64,000 nucleotides of DNA. It comes from Thermoanaerobaculia bacterium. Lineage in GTDB: Bacteria > Acidobacteriota > Thermoanaerobaculia > Multivoradales > Multivoraceae. The translations under genes were made by a program, and so were the position numbers. Location: contig OY761158.1 in assembly GCA_963664405.1 (NCBI GenBank), positions 2,848,001-2,912,000 on the forward strand. Reading direction: 5' to 3'. Below the pieces are notes generated by a model, which ran no database searches, was not told the origin of the DNA, and saw nothing but the letters and a program-made list of their open reading frames with translations. Every line of letters begins with the position of its first letter. Within the stretch, counting starts at the first letter, position 1. Positions 52,867 through 61,388 of the stretch are shown here, piece after piece.

Positions 52867-53570
52867 CTGCCGGAGGACAGGGACCGACCTGGGAGGAGAC
52901 TCCCGTGGAGACAGGCAAGGCGGAAGATCAACTTCATCTCTTTGGAGAGACCGGCTTTTTTGGCGAGCGCGATGCCGCACTAAGCCACCTGAGAGATGCG
53001 GATGAGATCTTGTTCGCAGAGGGCGTGGACTATTGCATCATGTTTGGCACTCTCCTGGGCTTATTGCGGCATGATGGCTTGATCCCGTGGGATGACGATC
53101 TGGACATCATCATTTTCGACATCGACAAATTCGAGACACGGTGCCGGTCCCAGTTCGAAGAGAGAGGGTATGTTGTTTATCAGGATATTCGGACTATTGC
53201 CGGGAAGGAAAAGCGCTGTGGATACCGAATTCACGCCGAAGACGGTATTGCAGTTCCCGGGCAAACATGGAAGTTCCCTTGGCTCGGTGTGTGGGAGCCG
53301 GAGATAAACAACAGGACCATGACCTTGCCACCGGAGGAGTTCGTGTACTCACTCGAAGATTTCCAACCCGTACAGAGGAGCGCCTTTCTTGATTTCTCAG
53401 TGAGTATTCCCCGGCACTCGGGAGAGATAGTGAAACAGTATTACGGCAGCGATTGCCTGCAAGTCTGCGTGTTGCACAGCCTGGACCACCGGCATTACAG
53501 GCCTACTGGCTATCCTTCCACGAAGTTCCCTTTGGAAGATGTTCTGCGCTACCTGGAACGGAACACCTAG
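52863..53570 (+). CDS. LicD-family phosphotransferase
   Basis: GTLLGLLRHDGLIPWDDDLDI signature; GTGA overlap with upstream gene. Confidence 0.9.
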   Translation: MTAGGQGPTWEETPVETGKAEDQLHLFGETGFFGERDAALSHLRDADEILFAEGVDYCIMFGTLLGLLRHDGLIPWDDDLDIIIFDIDKFETRCRSQFEERGYVVYQDIRTIAGKEKRCGYRIHAEDGIAVPGQTWKFPWLGVWEPEINNRTMTLPPEEFVYSLEDFQPVQRSAFLDFSVSIPRHSGEIVKQYYGSDCLQVCVLHSLDHRHYRPTGYPSTKFPLEDVLRYLERNT

Positions 53571-53687
53571 GGGTCGGACGATCATCGAGGTTTGAATGCC
53601 GACCCAGTCGGCTCCCATCATGTGCCTCCTCTCCTTTGCCGAAAAGCGTCGCGGACATACGATGCTTCTAGATAAGAGAGAATCGCG

Positions 53688-54422
53688 TTGAAGCAGCGGA
53701 ACGGAACTCCACCCATCCAAGGCGAGACCCTGAAGAGGGAAGCGGCCTACCCCAACCTCGCAAAGAAAGCGAGCGACGGGATGTACTGCTATGTTGTCCA
53801 ACGCCGAATATCATGGCATATAGCTCTATTCTGCGTGCGTAGAGGTATATCCGCCAATACTGCGACCGGGATTGACATGGTCCTGGCGATTCTCGCTGCG
53901 TGGAGCTTATCTCAGGGCCACTACATTTCGGGCGCCATCTTGATCCAACTGTTCGGTCTGTGGTCGTGTGTCGACGGAGAGATCGCGCGGTTGACGAAGA
54001 GGGCAAGCAGAAAGGGGGATCTTTACGACACCATGACGGATCGATCGGCGGAGCTGCTTATTTTCGCTGGTATGCTTTATGCGATGTCGGTGGCTTCCAC
54101 CAACCGTCCTTGGGGAGCTCTGTTCTTTTGCTACATCGGGATGGTCTTTCTCATCACAGCATCTTCCGAGAAATTTCGCTCCGTATACCAGAGAAACTAT
54201 CCGAAGGGCGAATACGAGCCATTATTCAATTGGCTTTGTTCAGGGAGCGATACACGATTCCTTTATCTCGCCGCCGCAATCATCGGGTATGTAATAACGG
54301 GGAATGCTGCGATCATCGAGTGGCTGCTAGTAGGTTTGTCCTCATTGCTCGGTGTCAACTTTTTGTTCCGGATGTGGAAGATATCGACGCTTGCGACAGA
54401 AGATAATGAGAGACCGGACTGA
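53688..54422 (+). CDS. CDP-alcohol phosphatidyltransferase family protein
   Basis: ISANTAT; DGEIAR….S.KG..YD...DR motif; multiple TM helices. Confidence 0.88.
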   Translation: MKQRNGTPPIQGETLKREAAYPNLAKKASDGMYCYVVQRRISWHIALFCVRRGISANTATGIDMVLAILAAWSLSQGHYISGAILIQLFGLWSCVDGEIARLTKRASRKGDLYDTMTDRSAELLIFAGMLYAMSVASTNRPWGALFFCYIGMVFLITASSEKFRSVYQRNYPKGEYEPLFNWLCSGSDTRFLYLAAAIIGYVITGNAAIIEWLLVGLSSLLGVNFLFRMWKISTLATEDNERPD

Positions 54423-54437
54423 AGGCCATTCACGAAG

Positions 54438-55133
54438 ATGGCGAAGCAGATCTACCCGTCTCTTCAGAGCCTTCTGGCAGAGCTCGAGGAGAGCTGCCTC
54501 TTACTTGCGCGACATGGGGAGACAGATTGGAATGCAGCGAATATTGTTCAGGGGCAGCAGGATCGTCCTCTGAGCCGCAAAGGGTATGAGCAGAGGAAGA
54601 ACCTGTTCTATCTATTGCGGCCGATTTCTCTGAAGCGAATAGTTTGCAGCACGCTGCAGAGGACCATCGAGACGGCAATGCCACTCAGTCTCGAGAAAGG
54701 TATAGCGATCGAGCAGAGGCACGAGCTCGACGAAGTGAGATTGGGCGTTTTCGAGGGACAACATAAGGAGGAGTTTTCCGATGAGTTTTCGAGGAGCTGT
54801 TACCGGTGTTTCCTAGAGGACGAGATAAACATTGCCCTTCCCGGGGGTGGAGAAAGTCTCAGAATGGTCGACAAGCGAGTGCGGAAGGCGGTGGGTAGTT
54901 TTATGGGAGGCTTGAGAGAGTCCGGCCATTCGTTGGTTGTCGGGCATCGCAATGTGAACAAGATGATTGTTAAGAGCCTCTTGGGTCTAAGCTTCGAGGA
55001 GGGATACCGGGTGGAGCATAGGAATGCCTGTCTTTACATCTTCGCTCCAGGGAGAGCTGAGATGTTCATGATGGAGGTGCCGAGTCCTCAAGAGCCTACC
55101 GAAGTGAGGTGTGGATATGAGAGAAGCGGTTAA
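54438..55133 (+). CDS. Histidine phosphatase family protein
   Basis: RHGETDWN, QG..D.PL, STLQRT.ET, GGES, VVGH. Confidence 0.9.
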   Translation: MAKQIYPSLQSLLAELEESCLLLARHGETDWNAANIVQGQQDRPLSRKGYEQRKNLFYLLRPISLKRIVCSTLQRTIETAMPLSLEKGIAIEQRHELDEVRLGVFEGQHKEEFSDEFSRSCYRCFLEDEINIALPGGGESLRMVDKRVRKAVGSFMGGLRESGHSLVVGHRNVNKMIVKSLLGLSFEEGYRVEHRNACLYIFAPGRAEMFMMEVPSPQEPTEVRCGYERSG

Positions 55134-55473
55134 GCGACGGCGACGTCCTTTTTTTGTGGAGGACAGGGAGCCTGTGGGGTTTCGAACTTAGGCTGCCGCG
55201 CACCGCAATCCTCTCGATGGCTCTCCTCGCCCTCCCCGCACGGGCTCAGGAGGTGGCCCGGAGCCTGCGGCCTCAGATGTGGGAACGACGGCCCAGTAGG
55301 CTCCTCCGGTAGAGGAGATAGCCCCACATAAGATGACCTGTGCGGAGAGCGTAACGATTGTCTCGTTTTGGACAGGATCGCTGGCGGCCGGTTGCGCGGC
55401 GAGAGAACGTCTTTTAGCATGGGCTCGTGCGAGCGCGACGCGGGTGCTGCCTACTCCCTAGGCGGCCGCGGGC

Positions 55474-56991
55474 ATGAAGGAGCGGAGCTACCTTCCACTC
55501 GCGGTCGTACTGCTTCTCGCCGCACTGCTTTGGGCGCCGTCGCTCCTCGGGGACTTCGTCTACGACGATCACTACCTGATCGTCGACAACCCGGTGGTTC
55601 GGAGCTCAGACCAGGTGGTGGCGGCCTTCACGCGCGATTACTACGGTCAGCGCGACCCCCAGCGCGGACTCGGTTACTACCGACCGATCACCCTGCTCAG
55701 TCACTGGCTCGACTGGTCGATCTGGAAGGCGGCTCCCTTCGGACACCACCTCAGCAGCCTGCTGCTCCATCTGCTGGCTACGGCCCTTCTCTATTTCTTC
55801 GTTGCCGAGACCTTCGGTCGACCTGCGCTCGCGCTTCTGACGACGACGATCTTTGCTCTTCATCCGACAAAGGCGGCGAGTGTCGCTTTCGTATCGGCTC
55901 GAGTGGACGTGCTCGCCGGTGTTTTCGTGCTCTCTGCCTTGCTGTGCTGCACGCGCAATCGCTGGGGAGCACCCGCCTTTTACGCTCTCGGGCTTCTCAG
56001 CAAGGAGATGGCGGTGACGCTACCGGCGCTGCTGTTCTGGCGACTGCACGACAGGGGCCGTCGCAGGTGGCTGGCGACCCTGGTGTCGACGGGCGCGGTC
56101 TTGATCGTGATCGCACTCCTGCGTTGGGCGGTGCTCGGGCACCTGTCTCGGCCGGGGGCGCCGCTCCTGGAGATCTCACCTCACGTCCCCTTCTTGCTCC
56201 TCGGCGATCATCTGCGGAACTTCATGCTGCCGCCTCTCGGGATCTTGCTCGAGCCTCCGCTCAGCCGGCTACCATGGCTCGTCGACTTCGCTTGCCTCGC
56301 CCTCTACGTTCTCGCTCTCGCTCGTCTGCCCGATCGTAAGGTCGCCGGCTGGGGAGCCGTCTGGCTCGTCACCCATCTGCCGATACTCGGGCTGGTCGGT
56401 CTCGAGACCGTAGTCGACGATCGCTTTCTCTATCTCCCCTCGATCGGTTTTTCGCTGGTGGCGGCGGCTTGGATCGAGACCTATCTCGAGCGACGCCACG
56501 CTTCCGGACGCAATAGGGCGGTGCTCGTCGCGGTGGTGCTGCTCGCCTTGATCCTTGCCCCGATGGCGCTGACGCGGGAGATCTACTGGCACGACGATCT
56601 GACCCTCTTCAGCGCCGCGCTCGAGACCCAACCGGACTCGACCGATTTTCATCTCAAGCGTGGTCTCGCCCTGGTTGAGAGAGGGAGACTCGACGAGGCG
56701 GAGGGCGACTTCCGCACCGGCCTGCAGCTCGCTGACTCAGACACGGAAATCGCCTCCTGGCTTCGGCGAAATATCGCCGACACCTACCTCGCGCGAGGCC
56801 GGCTCGAAGAGGCCGAAGAATGGTACAAGCAGGCTGTCGAGCACCGACCCGACTACTGCAACGCCCACCTGGGGCTCGCCCTTCTGCTCGAGCGTGATGG
56901 CCGCAACGAAGAAGCGCGATCTCACTTCGCCCAAGCACTGTCGTGCCCCGAGAGTGCCCCGGTCGCTTCTCGCCACTTGAAGGGCGGTTAG
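55474..56991 (+). CDS. TMTC-like membrane glycosyltransferase with C-terminal TPR repeats
   Basis: FVYDD, YYRP, FALHP, LLSKE, DRFLYLPSIG, W.DD.TLF, TPRs. Confidence 0.85.
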   Translation: MKERSYLPLAVVLLLAALLWAPSLLGDFVYDDHYLIVDNPVVRSSDQVVAAFTRDYYGQRDPQRGLGYYRPITLLSHWLDWSIWKAAPFGHHLSSLLLHLLATALLYFFVAETFGRPALALLTTTIFALHPTKAASVAFVSARVDVLAGVFVLSALLCCTRNRWGAPAFYALGLLSKEMAVTLPALLFWRLHDRGRRRWLATLVSTGAVLIVIALLRWAVLGHLSRPGAPLLEISPHVPFLLLGDHLRNFMLPPLGILLEPPLSRLPWLVDFACLALYVLALARLPDRKVAGWGAVWLVTHLPILGLVGLETVVDDRFLYLPSIGFSLVAAAWIETYLERRHASGRNRAVLVAVVLLALILAPMALTREIYWHDDLTLFSAALETQPDSTDFHLKRGLALVERGRLDEAEGDFRTGLQLADSDTEIASWLRRNIADTYLARGRLEEAEEWYKQAVEHRPDYCNAHLGLALLLERDGRNEEARSHFAQALSCPESAPVASRHLKGG

Positions 56992-57776
56992 CCGATCGGC
57001 GCGAGAAAGTCGCTCACCGCTCGAGCGAAGTCAGCGGGTTGATCCAGGAAGGGCCAGTGGCCGGCCGGTGCAATTGCACAGAGAGCGACGCCTTCGCGCT
57101 GCAGAAGGGCTCTCGAGTGCTCTCCGGTCCCCCCTGGGGAGCCGTAGATATAGAGAGTCGGAATGGGGAGCGTCGCGAGACGGGGGGCCATGATCTCGTC
57201 TTTCGAGACCTCCACGAGCTCGATCCCGTTGCGCTTGAAGGCACGCGCGTCGCAGAGACTGAGGCTTTTCGCATATCCAGCGAGCATCTCGTTTGCACGA
57301 CCCTCCAGCTCGACCTCGACGACCATGTTCTCGAATTGGCTGTCGACGCTCTCATCGTCGCTGAAGGCGGCCGCTCGAAGGCTGTAGGTACAGTCATCGA
57401 GACTGATATTGCCTTCGATGTCGAGAAAACCATCGATCTCCTCTTCAGCTCTCTCACACAGGAAGGTGCCGATCACGCCGCCCAAGGAGTGGCCGGCGAT
57501 CACGGTGCGCTGCCCGGTGGTCTGGGGAAGTAGAGACAGCAGCAATTCGGTGTGGTCGTCGAGGCTGGCGGGAGGGGATGGGCCTGGGGTGCGACCGTAC
57601 CCGAGCAGGTCGGGTATCACGTGGTCCCAGTCCGCTAATGCGGGCCGGCTCAGAAGGTTTTCGAAGCAGAGGCCCGACTCGCCCAGACCGTGGATCCAGA
57701 GCACGGTTCCGCGAGGGCTTCGTCGCCGCAGCCGACGGCTCCAGATTCCGTTCTCGAGACCTTGTGTAACGCCCAT
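56988..57776 (-). CDS. Alpha/beta fold hydrolase
   Basis: IHGLG, PDLLGYG, GHSLG, AGHW. Confidence 0.88.
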   Translation of the reverse strand: MGVTQGLENGIWSRRLRRRSPRGTVLWIHGLGESGLCFENLLSRPALADWDHVIPDLLGYGRTPGPSPPASLDDHTELLLSLLPQTTGQRTVIAGHSLGGVIGTFLCERAEEEIDGFLDIEGNISLDDCTYSLRAAAFSDDESVDSQFENMVVEVELEGRANEMLAGYAKSLSLCDARAFKRNGIELVEVSKDEIMAPRLATLPIPTLYIYGSPGGTGEHSRALLQREGVALCAIAPAGHWPFLDQPADFARAVSDFLAPIG

Positions 57777-57878
57777 TCGAGAACGAAGAGTGTACGCTGC
57801 CGATGGAAGTGCAGCTACGATGGAAACTGGCATACGATCGGCGCGGCAGACAGTGTGGAGTGGAGGGAGGAGGAAGCG

Positions 57879-58634
57879 ATGGCCGCTGAGCTGTTTGATT
57901 TTCAGGGAAAGGTGGTGCTGGTCACCGGGGGAAGCCGCGGCCTCGGCCGACAGATGGCGGTTGCTTTCGCTCGCTCGGGGGCCGACGTTGCCGTGACCAG
58001 TCGCAAGATCGAGGCCTGCGAGGAGGTCGCCGCCGAAATCGAGGCCCTCGGCCGCCAGGCCCTGGCCGTCGCCTCCCACGTCGGACACTGGGACGAGCTT
58101 GATGGGCTCGTGGACGCTGTCTATGACCGCTTCGGGCGCCTCGACGTGCTGGTGAATAACGCCGGTATGTCTCCCCTCTATCCTTCGCTCGAGGAGGTTT
58201 CGGAGGATCTGTTCGACAAGGTGATAGCGGTCAACCTCAAGGGGCCTTTTCGGCTGAGTGCGCTGGTTGGAAGCCGCATGGCAGCGGGGGATGGTGGTTG
58301 TATTTTGAACATTTCGAGCAACGCGGCCGTGCACCCCAGCCCGGCGGCCGAGCCCTATGGCAGCGCCAAGGCCGGCCTCAACGCTCTGACACGCTCCCTT
58401 GCCTTCGCCTACGGGCCGAAGGTGAGAGTGAACTGCATCCAGGCCGGGCCGTTCTTCACCGACGTCTCCCGGCACTGGAACATGGAGGCGTTCGAAGGCC
58501 GCGCCAAGGAAAGTATCGCGTTGCAGCGAGGCGGGGACCCCTCCGAGATCGTGGGCGCCGCCCTGTATCTGTGCAGTTCCGCCGCGAGCTTTACCACCGG
58601 TGCGATTCTGCCGGTGGATGGCGGAGGTCGCTGA
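57879..58634 (+). CDS. Short-chain dehydrogenase/reductase
   Basis: TGGSRGLG, NNAG, YGSAK; GGAGG RBS. Confidence 0.93.
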   Translation: MAAELFDFQGKVVLVTGGSRGLGRQMAVAFARSGADVAVTSRKIEACEEVAAEIEALGRQALAVASHVGHWDELDGLVDAVYDRFGRLDVLVNNAGMSPLYPSLEEVSEDLFDKVIAVNLKGPFRLSALVGSRMAAGDGGCILNISSNAAVHPSPAAEPYGSAKAGLNALTRSLAFAYGPKVRVNCIQAGPFFTDVSRHWNMEAFEGRAKESIALQRGGDPSEIVGAALYLCSSAASFTTGAILPVDGGGR

Positions 58635-58639
58635 GGAAG

Positions 58640-58743
58640 AAGTAAACAGTGATCAGTCATCAGTAGACAGTCGAGAGGTAAGTAGGACTGCTTACTGCTT
58701 ACTCCTTACTCCTTACTCCTATACGCCTTACTTCTCCACTTCT
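58640..58743. repeat. Two opposed arrays of degenerate 7-bp tandem repeats between convergent genes
   Basis: aagtaaa cagtgat cagtcat cagtaga cagtcga … actgctt actgctt actcctt actcctt actccta. Confidence 0.75.
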
Positions 58744-59493
58744 TCACCTCCCTCCCTCACCTAGGGAGGCCAGAAGGAAGCGGAGCTCGCGGTCGGTTTC
58801 GTTTGGGTCCACTACGGTCGCGGCCACTTCTTCGCGGAGGAGCGCGCCGAAGCGCTTGCGGAGGCGGTGGACCGCTACTTTGACTGCTGATTCGCTCATG
58901 TCCAGCTCTGCGGCGACTTCTTTGTAAGTGACGCCGTCACCGTCTCCGGTAAGGAAGACCGCGAGGCGGCGGGATCGCTCGGGGCTTGGGGAGTTGGCGA
59001 TCTCCTCTTGGAGACGCCCCTGGGTGCGCTCCAGAACTTCGAGTGCCCATCGTTTCTCGAAAACCCGATCAGGGCTCCCCTCGGGCTCGGCTTCGAGGCT
59101 GTAGCGCTCTTCGGCGCCCTCGAGGTCTAGTGAGAGGGCTTCCTGCCCCCCACCTCTCTTCTTAGCCTTGGCGCGATCGCTCTCGTCAGCAAGATAGAAC
59201 TTGAGGGCCGTCAACAAGAAGGAACGAAACCGCCCTCGCTCACGATCTGCCGCCTTGAGAGTGCGCTTCTCCAGGAGGTGCGAAAAGAACCCTTGGGCGA
59301 GGTCCTGCGCCCGGTCTGAATCGGCGCCACGGCGGCGAATGAAGGCGTAGACGGGGTACCAGTAGCCCTCGCAGAGTCCGCCTAGAGCGTCGTGAAAACG
59401 GGGGCTCTGGGTATTGCCTGCCGCGATGACCATGCTCCACTGTGTGGTGAGAAAGCGATTGCGTCCGCGCTGAGGGGGCCTAGGTTGTTCCAC
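58744..59493 (-). CDS. ECF sigma-70 factor
   Basis: F.TTQWS.V, YWYPVYAFIRR, AQDL.Q.FF, RGRFRSFL, region 4 YKEVA..L.MSE.AVKVAVHRLR. Confidence 0.92.
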   Translation of the reverse strand: MEQPRPPQRGRNRFLTTQWSMVIAAGNTQSPRFHDALGGLCEGYWYPVYAFIRRRGADSDRAQDLAQGFFSHLLEKRTLKAADRERGRFRSFLLTALKFYLADESDRAKAKKRGGGQEALSLDLEGAEERYSLEAEPEGSPDRVFEKRWALEVLERTQGRLQEEIANSPSPERSRRLAVFLTGDGDGVTYKEVAAELDMSESAVKVAVHRLRKRFGALLREEVAATVVDPNETDRELRFLLASLGEGGR

Positions 59494-59601
59494 GACAGCC
59501 AGAGCCTACACCCGTTGGTCGAAGCAGGGCGTTGAGGCTGATGCCTGAGATGAAAGTGGGGAGAAACGCGGGCGCGGCTGGGTGGCACCGAGCGCGGCTA
59601 A

Positions 59602-61077
59602 CTAGGGGTCAGCTGAAAAGTCTGCGGCACGGAGGTAGTTCGCTTCTTGCTTGAGGTCGGCCTCGGTCAGGGGGTGCTCGGCGAGCCAGCCGTCGGGAAA
59701 GTGAATGTGCAGAGAGTCGCTGCCCCCATCGAGCCTCAGGTAGGGGAGAGGTACTTCAGCCCGGCTTCGTTGAAGAAGGGCGGCGATACGTAGCAGTATG
59801 GCCAGCCGCAGCCATGAGGCCGGCTTCTCTTCGAACCGAGAGATCGGCAGCTTCCGCCGATGTGCCTGGACCAGGGTGGCGACCATCTCCTGCTCGCGCA
59901 GAGAGAACCCCGGCAGATCCGCGTTGGCGATGATGTAGCCGCCGTGCTTGTGGTAGTGGGCGTGGGCGATGTCGAGGCCGATCTCATGCAGTCTTGCCGC
60001 CCATCCCAGAACCTGTTGAGACTGTTCGTCGTCGAGCTTCCACGTCTCTCTAGCCTCTTCGAGTAGGTGGAGTGCCGTTGCTTCGACTCGCGCGGAGTGC
60101 TCGCGATCGAGGTGATAGCGCGCCGACAGGGCCTCTACGGTGCGACTGCGGGTGTCTTCGTGCCGAATGCGGCCCAGGAGGTCGTAAAGAACCCCCTCCC
60201 GAAGGGCGCCATCCGCCACTTCCATCTGCTCTACGCCGAGTGCGTCGAAGACTGCTTCGAGGATGACGACGCCGCCGGCGAAGACCGGCTCTCGCTCCGC
60301 GCTGAGGCCGGGTATCTCGAGGGCACTGGCCGAGCCTGCTGCGAGCAGCGCCTTGCGGAGCTTGCGAATAGCTGCTCGAGGTATGCCCTCCTCGGCATAT
60401 CCGGCCTCGCGCACGATTCGCCCGATGGCTCGGATGGTCCCCGAGGACCCCGCTGCTTCGGTCCAGCCGGCGTTGCGGAACCGAGCCTCGACAGGCTCGA
60501 GCTCCTGAAGCGCCATGATATGCGCACGCTGCCAGCTCTTCTTGTCTATGCGCCCGTCCGAAAAGTACTTCCGACTCAGAGCGACACAGCCCATATAGAG
60601 GCTCTCCATGACCAGAGGCTGCGACTGCTCGCCGACGATGAGCTCGGTGCTACCGCCCCCGATGTCGACGACGAGTCGGCGACCGTCGCCGTCACCGAGA
60701 CTACGAGCGACGCCGAGAAAGACGAGCCTCGCCTCCTCGATCCCGGAGATCACTGCGATCGGATGTCCCAGAGCTTCTTGTGCGTCTCTGAGGAAGTTAT
60801 TTCGATTGCGGGCGCGGCGGAGGGTATTGGTCGCCACGACTCGCACATTGCTCGCCGGGATGTTCCGAAGGCGTTGCCCGAATCGCTGTAAGCATTCGAT
60901 CGCGCGCTCCTGGGTCTCGCTCGAGAGTACGCCCTTCCGGTCGAGACCCGCGGCGAGGCGCACCATCTCACGGTCGCGATCGAGCGTTTCGAGCTCGCCC
61001 CGTGCGATGCGGGCAACCACCATGTGAAAGCTGTTGGAGCCCAGATCTACGGCCGCTACGGAAGGGCGAAGGCTCAC
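59602..61077 (-). CDS. ppx: Exopolyphosphatase / Ppx-GppA family
   Basis: DLGSNSFH, ATNTLR, ISGIEEARL, DIGGGSTE, ALREG, HD-like LHEIG. Confidence 0.93.
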   Translation of the reverse strand: MSLRPSVAAVDLGSNSFHMVVARIARGELETLDRDREMVRLAAGLDRKGVLSSETQERAIECLQRFGQRLRNIPASNVRVVATNTLRRARNRNNFLRDAQEALGHPIAVISGIEEARLVFLGVARSLGDGDGRRLVVDIGGGSTELIVGEQSQPLVMESLYMGCVALSRKYFSDGRIDKKSWQRAHIMALQELEPVEARFRNAGWTEAAGSSGTIRAIGRIVREAGYAEEGIPRAAIRKLRKALLAAGSASALEIPGLSAEREPVFAGGVVILEAVFDALGVEQMEVADGALREGVLYDLLGRIRHEDTRSRTVEALSARYHLDREHSARVEATALHLLEEARETWKLDDEQSQQVLGWAARLHEIGLDIAHAHYHKHGGYIIANADLPGFSLREQEMVATLVQAHRRKLPISRFEEKPASWLRLAILLRIAALLQRSRAEVPLPYLRLDGGSDSLHIHFPDGWLAEHPLTEADLKQEANYLRAADFSADP

Positions 61078-61388
61078 TCGAGCCTCCGATAGAGGGCAAC
61101 GTTCACAGCTCCCGAAGAGCGCCGCCTGCGTGGCAGGCTCCTAGCTTCTCCCATTGGGGTCAGATGGTAGCCGAGCGCGGGGCCAGACGCCACGACTCGT
61201 CGCTGAGTCGGTGGCGCGCGCGGCCTGTCCGCACCGTCGGTGCGCCCTCGCTTGGTCGTAACTGACTAGAAGACAGAGACTTGCGCCGCTCGTTACCGTC
61301 CGATTTGGTATCCTTGTCGGCTAGGCTTGAACGCTTCACCGTCTGCGGGGCTCTTCTTGCCCCGATTGCGCTGTCTCGAGAAACCACC

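Noticed and set aside
49649-56510. TMTC duplicate as a DGR template/variable repeat pair
   Set aside because: Differences involve all bases, mostly at third codon positions, and include indels; consistent with ordinary paralogue divergence
11967-58475. Extended N-termini in the ORF track (11967, 25179, 57690, 58475 and similar)
   Set aside because: Extensions overlap neighbouring genes; downstream starts with RBS or overlap coupling fit the domain boundaries better
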